DNA from: Azolla caroliniana
Taxonomy: Eukaryota; Plantae; Polypodiophyta
Reading direction: 5' to 3'
Length of the DNA stretch: 64,000 nucleotides
Assembly: GCA_043228905.1 (NCBI GenBank)
Contig: JBHGNT010000002.1
Coordinates: 8,990,001 to 9,054,000, forward strand
Shown here: one piece after another, positions 48,158-59,352 of the stretch
How the letters are laid out: every line of letters starts with the position of its first letter
Numbering within the stretch: the stretch's first letter is position 1
Position numbers and translations under genes: made by a program
Notes under the pieces: generated by a model
Databases searched by the model: none
What the model saw: only the letters and a program-made list of their open reading frames with translations
Told to the model about the DNA's origin: nothing

Positions 48158-50714
48158 GTGAACGATCCGCTTCGGAGCTATATTCGGTATGTGAAGACGC
48201 CAAAGGATGCTTGGGGAAATCTGAAAAAGATTTTCGCCGCGAGCACCACAACTAGAAAGCTCCAACTCAAGCAAGAGTTGAGCAATGTTCGATAACGAGA
48301 TATGTTAGTGGTTGACTACCCCTCCAAGATCAAGGACATATGCGACTCTGTCGCCTCCGTCGATGTAAACGTCGAGGAGGACGAAATGGTGCAGGTCTGG
48401 CTCGGAGGGTTAGTGTCGAAGTTCGGAGCTTTCCGAACTGTGGCTTGTACGAGGTAGAATATGTCGTCGTTTTTCGACTTACAGTCGATGCTCCTAGTAG
48501 AGGAGAACCACGTGGGTGCGTTAACAATGACGCACAACGAGATGTTGTGCATGGAGGAAGATAGGCCTCGTGGTCATGGTAGTCGAGGTGATTCGGGCAC
48601 AATGGAGGCGGCTGACAGGAGCAAGATGGAAGGCATGGTCGTAATGCTAACAATAGTTCCAGACCCTCCGGAAGTAGGGGGAGTTAAGGCGGTGCCAGAA
48701 ACCAGCAAGGGAAACCCGCCGGTGAATGCTGGTACTGTGGCAAGAAAGGCCACAGGGAGACCGAGTGTTGGAAGAAACGTGTCGATTCGGAGAAAACCGC
48801 ATCAGGATCCGGGCGGACCGAACAAGGAAATCGGCAGCGATCGCACTACGTCGAGGGCTCCGAATGAGCCGAAAATGAATCGGGCCCAGCCTTCGTAATG
48901 AAGCACAAGTCCAATTTGATGGCGGTGAACACTTCGAAACTGAATGAGGTGTGGTATGTTGACTCCGGACCGTCAAATCATATGACGAGTCACGAGGAAT
49001 TGTTCTCGTACTTGGAGAAATCGGAAAAAAAGGAGTGGTCAAAACTTGAAATGACACTCCGCATACCATCAAACATGTCAGAGAAGTTCCCCTCAACCAC
49101 TTCGGGCAAAAAGGGAAACTCACCAACATGCTACACGTCCCAACAATAACCAAGAACCTGGTGTCGGTCGCACAGATCGTTGACTAGGGGATGCAAGTTC
49201 GATTCACGCATCTTAGTTGCTACATCGAAGATGAAGGCAAGATAATTGCGCAAGGGCGCCATGAATGGAGGATGTTTATCCTCGAGACTAACAACATAGG
49301 CACCGCTATGTTCGCGAAAGGTCAAAAGGTCAAATTGGATATCGACCTGTAGCACAAGTGGTTCAGCCACATAAATTTCCGGAAGCTTCGAGAAATGCAA
49401 ACGAAAGACATAATTTTTGGCTTGCGGAAATTCAGTGGTCAAAATGGCCAAGCCTGCGAATCCTACTAGTTGGGAAAGCATCACCGATTTCCATTCCCCA
49501 ATGAGCGTAACTAGAGTTGAAATCCGGTGGATGTGATCCATTCGGATGTATGGGGACCGGCAGAGAACGTGAGTCCTGGTGGAAGCCAATATTTCGTGTC
49601 TTTCATCGATGACTTCTCTCGGCACAGTTGGGCGTTCTTGATCGCGAAAAAGAGAGAAGTCTTCGCGGAAAGGGAAACCGGACGAAAGATCAAGTGCCTA
49701 TGATACGATGGTGGGAAGGAGTACTTCTTCGACTAGTTCTTGAATTATCAGTAGGACGAAGAAATTCAGCGCGAATTCTCCTGCAGATACACGCCGTTCG
49801 AAGAGGCGGCCAATGCAACGCTCGAAGAGAAGCATATGCCAAAATTTGATTAGGCTGAATCCGTAAGGACAGTCTTTTACCCGTAGAATCATACTTTTTC
49901 TAATGGAGGAGTGTCGCCACATGAATTGTACTTCAAGAAGAAGCCAAACTTGGCACACTTGAGGGTTTCGGTAGCATCACGTATGTGCATGTGCCGAAGG
50001 AGAAACAGAGGAAGTTGGACGCCAAAGCTGAGAAGTGTATCTTTGTTGGCTACTCAGACGAACAGAAGGGTTATAAGTGTTATAACCCCCAAACCAAATA
50101 AGCTCGCGTAAGTCGTGATGTTGTGTTCGACAAGTCCACGTCGTGGTAATTGCCTTCACCTCCAACTCGTGAAATGCCTCTAGACAAAGGAGACAACGGA
50201 GCTCCTGAACATAGTCTGATCTCATTTAGACTAAGTGGGCTGAATGAGCGACTGAGTCGGCATGACCAGTCAGACGTAGAGATGGTGAGTAGTTGAGACT
50301 CAGCCGTGCATTCCCCGCACAAGAAGCCGAGGAGACGGCTTATGCGCGAAGAGAAGGGAAAGAAGAAGATGTTGGACTATGGAACTGATAAGGAAGAGTC
50401 AGATCGAAGCGACTTCGGCTTTGAGAAGAACGAAGATGGACCTTTAGAAATGAAGTCCGCATTGGCCAAGAGGGCCTCAAAATCTGCTAATGAGCAAGTA
50501 CGCCGATCTACCCGCCAGAAGAACCCGATAGTGCACTTCGGATACAACGAGTACATGACGCATCATTACGTGTACATGACACGAGTGGCGGATGTGCATG
50601 AGCCGGAGAGCTACGCAGAAGCGGCGAAGAATGCGAACTGGCATGCCGTGATGAAGGAAGAGATGCGTGTGTTATCAGACAATGAGACTTGGGACCTGGT
50701 TAACGCACCTAAAG
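48158..50714 (+). pseudogene. gag-pol: Copia A3 internal fragment (gag-PR-IN, start of RT); 5' LTR deleted
   Basis: AWGNLKKIFAAS, WYVDSGPSNHMT, KLDAKAEKCIFVGY, EPESYAEA. Confidence 0.87.
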
Positions 50715-51424
50715 TGTTACGACCATGACCATATAATATCCCGTGGTAAGAATTTAATGTAGTATTCTATACAGTGGATAAGTGTGAGGCTTAAACGAGA
50801 GTGTAAAGAAGGGGAGGATTACTTTTTATCCTCAGGATTGCTCGACAACCCATTAGGCCACTTGTGTGAACTTGCCTGGGGGCCTTGGGTATTGCTATAA
50901 ATATGAGGCTTAACTATCCTCATTTCATCATATCTTGACTACGTCGAGACTCTGGTTCGTGGTGGGTCAACTCTTGTACCGAGCGCGCCAGCACCAGGTA
51001 TGACTCGATGGCACAACGGTGGTATGGGATGCTGATCAAGGCTCGAGTCCATCTCGATCCCTTTGCTCGGGGGTAGTCGGCTGGATCAAAACCCTTCTTT
51101 CTCTCTCGCCTTTCTATCTATCTATCTTTGATCCTTATCATATGCTTACTTTAGATCATAACTCTAACAGTTGGTATTAGAGCTTATGTTTCTAATGTTT
51201 CCTTTGTTTCTTTTTGTCTTCTTGATGGATGGTGATCAATCAACATGCGGTCAACCTTGATCCAGATAGCGATCAACAAAGGAACTTCAGTAACTCTTTC
51301 TTGTTTTTTTTTTGAATTTTTTCTTCTCCCATCTAATCATGTATATGGTCAATATGAATTTTTATTTCATTGATTCAATGATGTTGTAGTGGTAATTAAT
51401 TGGTTGTATAAAACGTTTACATAT

Positions 51425-51690
51425 GTGTATGAGGTCAATACCTCATTTGACATATATTTAATATGTGATTCATGTCGTATGCGTATGAGGTTAATACCTT
51501 AATTGCGTATTACGTTTACATACATATATGTTATGTATGCGTATGAGGTAAATACCTTGATTTCTATGTAAACAATATGTGTTTGGTGTCATATGCATAA
51601 GAGGTCAATACCTCAATTGCGTATTATGATTAACCTTTATTATTAGATGTTTCGTGTGCGTAGAGGCTAAGGCTATATGCCTCGATCATG
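51425..51690 (+). repeat. Array of four (possibly five) ~56-bp units in the Gypsy leader, each with a GAGGT-N4-ACCTY hairpin
   Basis: GCGTATGAGGTNAATACCTY recurs at ~51426, 51481, 51539, 51595; a degenerate copy lies at ~51658. Confidence 0.75.
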
Positions 51691-53327
51691 TGTCTCGATT
51701 TTATCATATGTTGGCTATTTGATGTTGCGATTTTTCTTAATATACGCATCTGTGGTCACATGTATATGTATTTGATCATATATGTGTGATAAATATACAT
51801 ATGTGTATGTTAGTTAAAACGTAATTTCTATATCGAATGTTGTCCTTCTCGGGGAAAGGATCTTGGTGTCTGTCCTCACATTTTTGTGAGAATGGTGTAG
51901 TCATCATCCTTTTTTAGACAATCTTTTTTGTTGACATTCCCGTTGGTCACTTCGATTTTGTTACGTAACGAAACGATCATAGCCACAATGATGGTGAGAA
52001 CGTAGGACTTGACCCACTACATGTGAGGTCACTCCTATGACACACAGATCCAACATCCCTCCCTCATTACATTGATACGATGCCACCATCAGATCAATCT
52101 TACGAAAGGCATTCGTAATGACGTAACCATGTGATGGGCCACATGGGCCTACTACGAAAAGAGGGCTCATTTGGCTTGACCATTAGGTTGCACTTTGGCG
52201 TATGCCATCGTAATTATGAGACTTGAGGTTAGGTAACGTACCAATATAGTTTGTGGTAAAAGAGAGAGAAATAAGGACTCTTGACATATATGTTTCTTTT
52301 AAAAAAACATATATGGGCAAATGCCTCGCATATCTCTTATACGTATAAAACATTAAACATTCAACACGAGCAACCTATTTGGTTAGCTCAAGCGTTTAAT
52401 GCATTCGTTCTCGAGGTCTTGAGTTTAAATATAACCAAGACCGTACAACATTGTTGATACATATGACTATAATACATGTTTAGACTTTATGTCTAAGTGC
52501 ACTTTGGGGTCCTCGTAATAGGACTTAAAGAGCCGAAACCACATACGTGGGCACAGAAACATAGTTTATTGTTAACATTTTTTTCGTGTATAAACTATTC
52601 ACGAGGCGAACATACATGGTTGAGCCTCGGGGAGCCGCCATGAAAAAATCGATATAGAGCTCAAGGAAAGACATTCATTTTTCACCCCCATGGTTTTTAA
52701 AACACCTTTGTGTTACCATATAGTAACATGCTCTTGAACTTTATCTCATACATTAGAGGGGTATTAACGTTGTCGTGCCTTTCGGCTCCGGATCGTTTGC
52801 GTGAGTCGGGTGGGAACCGCCGAGGTTTTGGACTAGGAGAAAGAAAAATACAAATAAGGCTAGTAAAGAATAGGTATAAAGAGTTATATAAGATAAGAAT
52901 CTCGTGAATCCCACGAGTTTAGTATATTTAGTCAATATTTAGGTAGTAAGAGAGAATTATTTTAGCAAATTCGTGAATCCCACGAATATTTTAGATTGAT
53001 TGATCATTATAGAAAAATAATCAACAAAAACTACAATGTGCTCCCCATCCTTATATAGTGATGGGAGAGACTAAGCATAGCTACATGCTTTTTCTCATAT
53101 GTTCATGCACACTAAATGTGCATGTGATGCTTTTCTAATCCTTGCTTTTATTTGCTAAATATAGTGCTCATGCACGCTAGATGTGCATGAGTCACTTTTT
53201 AGTTGCTTGCGTTTTTATATAAAATATTCACGCACTCTAAAAATGCATGATTTACCTTTTAATAAAGGTAGGCGCAAATAAAGCACGTATAGTTACAAAA
53301 TCTATTTATAGAACACTAAAGATAAGG

Positions 53328-53381
53328 TAGCATAATGGTAAAGTTGAGGTTTGGCTACGTGGAGGTACAGAGTTCGAATCA
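53328..53381 (+). promoter_or_regulatory. tRNA-like A/B-box cassette in U3 (copies 45613-45666, 56221-56274)
   Basis: TAGCATAATGG + 32 nt + AGTTCGAATCA; T-run ~30 nt downstream. Confidence 0.72.
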
Positions 53382-53522
53382 CGCCCTGCGCAGTAGTGAG
53401 TATTTCCTTCTTCTTTTTTACATTTATGTCTCTTTATCCGGCTCTTCCTTGCCGGTATGCCGTTTTCTTCCTTGCCGGTATGCCGTTTTCCTCCTTGCCG
53501 GTATGCCGTTTTCTTCCGGTTC

Positions 53523-55625
53523 TCACCGAGCACTCCATTCTCTATCCGGAGGGACAAAAATATAATTTCCACATAGTGTGCAACCTACACTACGACACTC
53601 GCCCCCTCCAAACCCGCACATCCTCCGGTATGTGCCGAAGTTGCCGATGCTCGTTGTCTCCCCTTCATCCTCCGTTTGTCCCGCTATGTCAACTTTGTCT
53701 CTCCATTTTGAGTAGACCCATTCTTTCCACCCGAACCATTGTCGCCATCCGATCCACCATATTCTTTGTTCTGTCTCGTCATATTCTTGGCCCTTGTCAT
53801 TCGTGGTAGTGTCTTTTACTGGCCTCTTTCTTGTCTTCATCAACCTTGACTTTTTTCCGGATCGCTCTCGTCCGATCGACTTTCGGTTTGATCGGCTTTC
53901 GATCGGATTCGTATTCGGCCGAATCGGAATCGGTTGTTCGGTTTCGATTGAGTCGGTCTCCTTCCGGCCCGGTTTCAATCTATCGGTTTTGGTTTCGGTT
54001 GGCTTTCTTTTCCTCATTTTCACCAGCCTCGACCGGTCCAACCTCCGATTGAGTCGGATTAGCTTCTTTCCAGATCGGTCTCGTCCGATCGGCTTTCGGC
54101 TAGGTCGGCTTCCATCCATATTCGCGTTCGGCCAAGTCAGACTCGGTCGATCAGTTTTGACCAAGTCGACCCCTTTTCGGGTCGGCTTTCTTTCGGGTCG
54201 TCTTTCGGCCGAATCCTCATTCGCCCGATTCAGCTTTCGTTTGTGTCGTCTTTCGGCCGAATTCTCTTCCTTTCGGTTCGGCTTTCTTTCGGGTCGACTT
54301 TCGGTCGAATCCTCTTTTACCCGGTTCGGCTTTCTTTCGGATCGGAATCCCGTCCGGATCACCTTCCATCCTAACTGGCTTCCGACTTTACCTTTCTTGC
54401 TGCCACCTCCCGTCTCTTCGGTCTCACGTTGCTTCTCAGACACAACCGCCGAAGTCTCTAGGATTAGTGGGCAGGAATCCTCGGTATTATCATCCTCCGT
54501 TGTTTCACCCATAGCCATATTCTCGGCTATCTCTCCGTCATACACATCGGCTTCGACCTTTGTTTTCTCTCCGCCACCTTTCGTCTCTTCGGTCTCACGT
54601 TGCCTTTCGAACGCAACCGCCGGAGTCTCTGGAATCAATGGTGTGGAAGTCTCGATATGACCATCCGCTATTGATTCGTCCATAGCCACCTTCGATTCGA
54701 TGTCATCTTTCGTGGCGACCTCCTCAATCAAGTCCTCCTTGCTCTTTTTCACTGCATCAATTATGCAAACATCAATTATGCTTACCCCTTTTTCACCCGA
54801 TGTTTCGGACACTTGTATTCCGAAATCTTCTTCTACACTTGGGTTATCGGCCTTATCCTTCACCGTCGTTCTTTCGCAAGACAAGAGGGTAGCTTGTTTT
54901 ACACCCTCTTCCGTCACACCATCATGTTGTATCTCGGCCTTCATATCGGCTCCATCGTTTGTCTTCAATCGACCATCCTTCATCGGCCATGTCGTTGACA
55001 AGATTCTCATCTTCCTCTCATCATGTCTCCGGCATACCCTTTGGACTTCGGCCCAATTTTCGGTAAGACCATTCGTACCGTCATCGTCTTCGAGTTCGAT
55101 CCCGATGTCCATCCTTTCTTTTCGATCGATCGATTTTACGAACATTAGGACTTTATCGTCTCCCACCAATCGTTGTTCCCGCTCCGAGAGTTGAGCAAGA
55201 CGATGCTCGAACTCTAGGAATGCTTGTGTTGCACTTCGGTGGGTCTTCTCCGATGCCACCCATTTGTCAAACTTGCGTCGATCTCGTCCCTTCGATCTCT
55301 CGTAGTCATATGCCTCTCGTAAAGCTTCTTCGAATGACCCCCATGTCGAGTTTTGTTGCCGTATCTTGTGGATTCTCTCTTGTAGCTCATCCGTGGCCAC
55401 CCGATTGAAGGATATCACTTGCAATCCTTCCGGTATCCCACATCGTATCATCTCCGCCTCGTAGTCACGTAGATAGCGTGACACATCGTTTCCGTTGAAT
55501 TGTCCGTTTCGTTGTACGAGCCGCTTTACTGCCCCCGTGATCTCCGACATCACTCGTTGTTCTTCTAGCATCCGCTCGAACATCATCATCATCGTTATGC
55601 TCATTGCCTCTTGTTGATTCTCCAT
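53523..55625 (-). CDS. ~700-aa Gag-derived protein with acidic, R/K-repeat and Trp-rich extensions; reads through the PPT into the LTR
   Basis: Uninterrupted ORF; N-terminal ~210 aa align with the Gag at 22326-23510. Confidence 0.85.
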   Translation of the reverse strand: MENQQEAMSITMMMMFERMLEEQRVMSEITGAVKRLVQRNGQFNGNDVSRYLRDYEAEMIRCGIPEGLQVISFNRVATDELQERIHKIRQQNSTWGSFEEALREAYDYERSKGRDRRKFDKWVASEKTHRSATQAFLEFEHRLAQLSEREQRLVGDDKVLMFVKSIDRKERMDIGIELEDDDGTNGLTENWAEVQRVCRRHDERKMRILSTTWPMKDGRLKTNDGADMKAEIQHDGVTEEGVKQATLLSCERTTVKDKADNPSVEEDFGIQVSETSGEKGVSIIDVCIIDAVKKSKEDLIEEVATKDDIESKVAMDESIADGHIETSTPLIPETPAVAFERQRETEETKGGGEKTKVEADVYDGEIAENMAMGETTEDDNTEDSCPLILETSAVVSEKQRETEETGGGSKKGKVGSQLGWKVIRTGFRSERKPNRVKEDSTESRPERKPNRKEENSAERRHKRKLNRANEDSAERRPERKPTRKGVDLVKTDRPSLTWPNANMDGSRPSRKPIGRDRSGKKLIRLNRRLDRSRLVKMRKRKPTETKTDRLKPGRKETDSIETEQPIPIRPNTNPIESRSNRKSIGRERSGKKSRLMKTRKRPVKDTTTNDKGQEYDETEQRIWWIGWRQWFGWKEWVYSKWRDKVDIAGQTEDEGETTSIGNFGTYRRMCGFGGGECRSVGCTLCGNYIFVPPDREWSAR

Positions 55626-58594
55626 CTCCTTGCCACCCGCCTTCACGTCGGGTTCACCAACTATGTCGTGCCTTTCGGCTCCGGATCGTTTGCGTGAGTC
55701 GGGTGGGAACCGCCGAGGTTTTGGACTAGGAGAAAGAAAAATACAAATAAGGCTAGTAAAGAATAGGTATAAAGAGTTATATAAGATAAGAATCTCGTGA
55801 ATCCCACGAGTTTAGTATATTTAGTCAATATTTAGGTAGTAAGAGAGAATTATTTTAGCAAATTCGTGAATCCCACGAATATTTTAGATTGATTGATCAT
55901 TATAGAAAAATAATCAACAAAAACTACAATGTGCTCCCCATCCTTATATAGTGATGGGAGAGACTAAGCATAGCTACATGCTTTTTCTCATATGTTCGTG
56001 CACACTAAATGTGCATGTGATGCTTTTCTAATCCTTGCTTTTATTTGCTAAATATAGTGCTCATGCACGCTAGATGTGCATGAGTCACTTTTTAGTTGCT
56101 TGCGTTTTTCTATAAAATATTCACGCACTCTAAAAATGCATGATTTACCTTTTAATAAAGGTAGGCGCAAATAAAGCATGTATAGTTATTAAATCTATTT
56201 ATAGAACACTAAAGATAAGGTAGCATAATGGTAAAGTTGAGGTTTGGCTACGTGGAGGTACAGAGTTCGAATCACACTCCGCAATAGTGAGTATTTCCTT
56301 CTTCTTTTTTACATTTATGTCTCTTTATCCGGCTCTTCCTTGCCGGTATGCCGTTTTCTTCCTTGCCGGTATGCCGTTTTCCTCCTTGCCGGTATGCCGT
56401 TTTCTTCCGGTTCTCACCGAGCACTCCATTCTCTATCCGGAGGGACAAAAATATAATTTCCACATAGTGTGCAACCTACACTACGACAACGTGAGATCAT
56501 GATATCGATTAATGTTGGCCCATGATATGTTTACATCACAACATGATGTTATGACTATTTGTTTGACCTTATCGTATTTCTTTGCCAGAAATAATCAGTC
56601 AATGGCTCGTAATAACGAGCCGATGTCATCCGCTCAAGCGGAAGGAACTCAAGGAAATCCTCCTGGAGCAATCTCCATTGAGTCATATTTCTTACAAATA
56701 CAAAATTTCCTTAGTTCAACTGTTCATTAGATGTCTAAACTTCGGCAATCTCAAAGTGCTCTTGAGGCACGTGTCATTAGTTTACAACGTGACACTAATA
56801 GACCCGATGAGCGTTAGGGTGAACCATCATTTGTCGTAAAGCCATTTACGAGAGAAAAAATGAAAAGAACTGAAGAAGCAATTTGCACGTGGCTGGGCCG
56901 ATGGGAGTCTCATTTTGAGCTCTATCCCATGCCAGATCGTATGAAAATTGCATATGCCGGCCGAGAACTAGGGGATAAGGCCGCCGCCTGGTGGCGTGGG
57001 CTTCGAACTTTGGGGAAATTGCCCGATACCTGGACAGATTTTCTCATAGTTTTTAAGGGCCAGTTTCTGCAACCTCCCTCTTGAACCGAGGCAAGACAAG
57101 TTTTAATGAACCTCTCTAGCAGGAAGTTTTCCTTGCTAGAAGATTATGTCCACCATGCTAGAACCCAAGTCATAAAATGGGGTCTAGAAGGGGACACTTG
57201 GTTAATACCTTGTTTGATCAATGGCATCCCCAATTCGTACTATCACTAGATAGTGCACGATAAGGATCCAAAATCCTTCAAAGAGGCCGTTGAAATAGAT
57301 CTTCTCTATCAACGCACTTCGAAGAAGGACCATAACAAACCCAACGAAGCGCCCGGGACTAAGCAGTCACAATTTTCTGGGAAACGCAAGACACCCAACG
57401 AATTCATGGATTGCGATTGTAAGCGACAACATCCTTTTTGCGTATTCTGCAAAAAGAAGGCTCATACAAAAGAACATTATCGAAAGCTCCAACGGAAAGA
57501 GCACGACAACAAAGCAAAAGTTGCAGACCATAAAGGTCAGATTCCTTATGTCCTTGAGGTCTATACACATCATTTAAGTAATTGTCAATGTTCTTTCCTT
57601 CAATATGTATTGGAATCCAATGATTTACTATGTGCAAACGGGTATATCAATGGATCTCCCGTACAGTTTTTATTTGATTCGGGAAGCTCACACAATTTTG
57701 TGAATGATCATTTGGTTTAGATATGGGGAATCCAACCCACCGTAAGTGATCACACCTATAGGGTGCACTTGGCTGATGGAAGAGTACAATACATCAACGG
57801 GGTGATTCATTCATTAGGAATTTCTATTGATACTTATGTAGAGGAAGTAGACTTCCATGGAATGAATCTTTGTACCACTAATGTAATAGTGGGTTATCCC
57901 TGGTTTTATAATAAGAAAACTTCTTTGCCTATTGATTGGGTTCGTCATTCCATTTCCTTTGTACTAAACGATTGTACTCATCTTATTCAATGTGTAAATA
58001 AACAATCCCTTTTGAATGTTTCCTCTCCATCAATATCTGAGTTGTCTTGTTCTTCTTTATTTTATTGTGTACTTGATACAAACATTCACGTTTATAATAT
58101 TGATAACGTCTCGAGTCAATTGACCTATTTTGAACAACAACAACTCGATAAAATCTTAAATGATTTTCATGATGTTTTTCCGAGTGAGCTACCACATGGG
58201 TTACCTCCTAAACATAATATAGACCATCGTATAGATATTGTACCTGGTGTTGCACCAATAAGTATACCTCCTTATCGCTTAAGTCGATCCGACTAGGATG
58301 AGACATCTAAGAAACTCAAGGCCTATTTACGAATGGGTTATATACGTTATAGTAAATCTCCATGGGGTGCACCTATTCTCTTGGTAAAAAAGAAAGAGGG
58401 TACATGGCATATGTTTATTAATTACCGATGCTTGAATAAAGTGACGATCAAGAATTCACGTCCATTGCCCCGGGCTAACGAGCTAATTGACCGTCTCTAG
58501 GGAGCTCGATATTTTACAAAACTTGATCTCCGTACGGGCTATCATCAAATTCGTATAAGTGAGGACGATGTTCCTAAAACGTCATTCCATACGT

Positions 58595-59352
58595 TGTCGT
58601 GCCTTTCGGCTCCGGATCGTTTGCGTGAGTCGGGTGGGAACCACCGGGGTTTTGGACTAGGAGAAAGAAGAATATGAGATGAGGTTAGTAATGAATAGAT
58701 TATTAGAAAGAGAGATAGAAATTTCGTGAATCCCACGAGTGTATTTTATTCGATTAATCAATATTTAGATAAGAATATGTATTTAGATTGAAAGAAAGAT
58801 ATAAGAAACTTGTGAATCCCACAAGTATAGATTATATTATTTTCGTGAATCCCACGATTATATTAATCGGTTGGTGTTTTCGGAAATATATCCAATTTCC
58901 AAATATTTCACACACAATTACATTGTGCTCCCCATCCTTATGTAGTGATGAGGAAGTCTTAGTAATCCATGCTTTTTTTTCTCTAACTATAGACCCCATG
59001 CTTTTCCTATAGATAGACTATATGCTTTATCTAAAGTGATCATGCTTTTTCTAACTTGTGCGTTTTTTATCATGCACGCTAGATGTGTATGTGTAGCTTT
59101 TTCTTTTGTTATGCGTTTTTCTAATGTTTATCCTAGCGTGAATTTACCTTTCTATGTGGGACATCTATGCTTTAACACTAATGAAATGCTAGTGTAATGG
59201 TAAGACATTACATTATTAACATGGAGGTGCAAGGTTCGAATCTTGCCCTATGCATGTTCCATTTATTTTGCTATTTTCTTCTATTTCTTCATTTTTTATT
59301 GAATCTAATACTATATACGTTTTTCACGTAGTGTACAAAATACACTACGACA
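58595..59352 (-). repeat. Solo LTR of the Trp-primed gag-only family
   Basis: TGTCGTGCC...ACACTACGACA; TSD ACGT; A box TAGTGTAATGG 59190-59200 and B box GGTTCGAATCT 59233-59243. Confidence 0.93.

Larger units (their letters stand above)
52771..56488 (-). mobile_element. Young non-autonomous gag-only LTR element (TR-GAG-like), tRNA-Trp PBS
   Basis: LTRs 52771-53597 and 55664-56488; TSD ACGT; PBS 55643-55659; PPT 53598-53609; one long ORF, no pol. Confidence 0.95.

Noticed and set aside
53794-54660. 288-aa plus-strand ORF (and twin 46079-46945)
   Set aside because: Antisense shadow of the repetitive minus-strand ORF, with S/F/R-rich composition and no motifs; the twin is just the duplicated segment.
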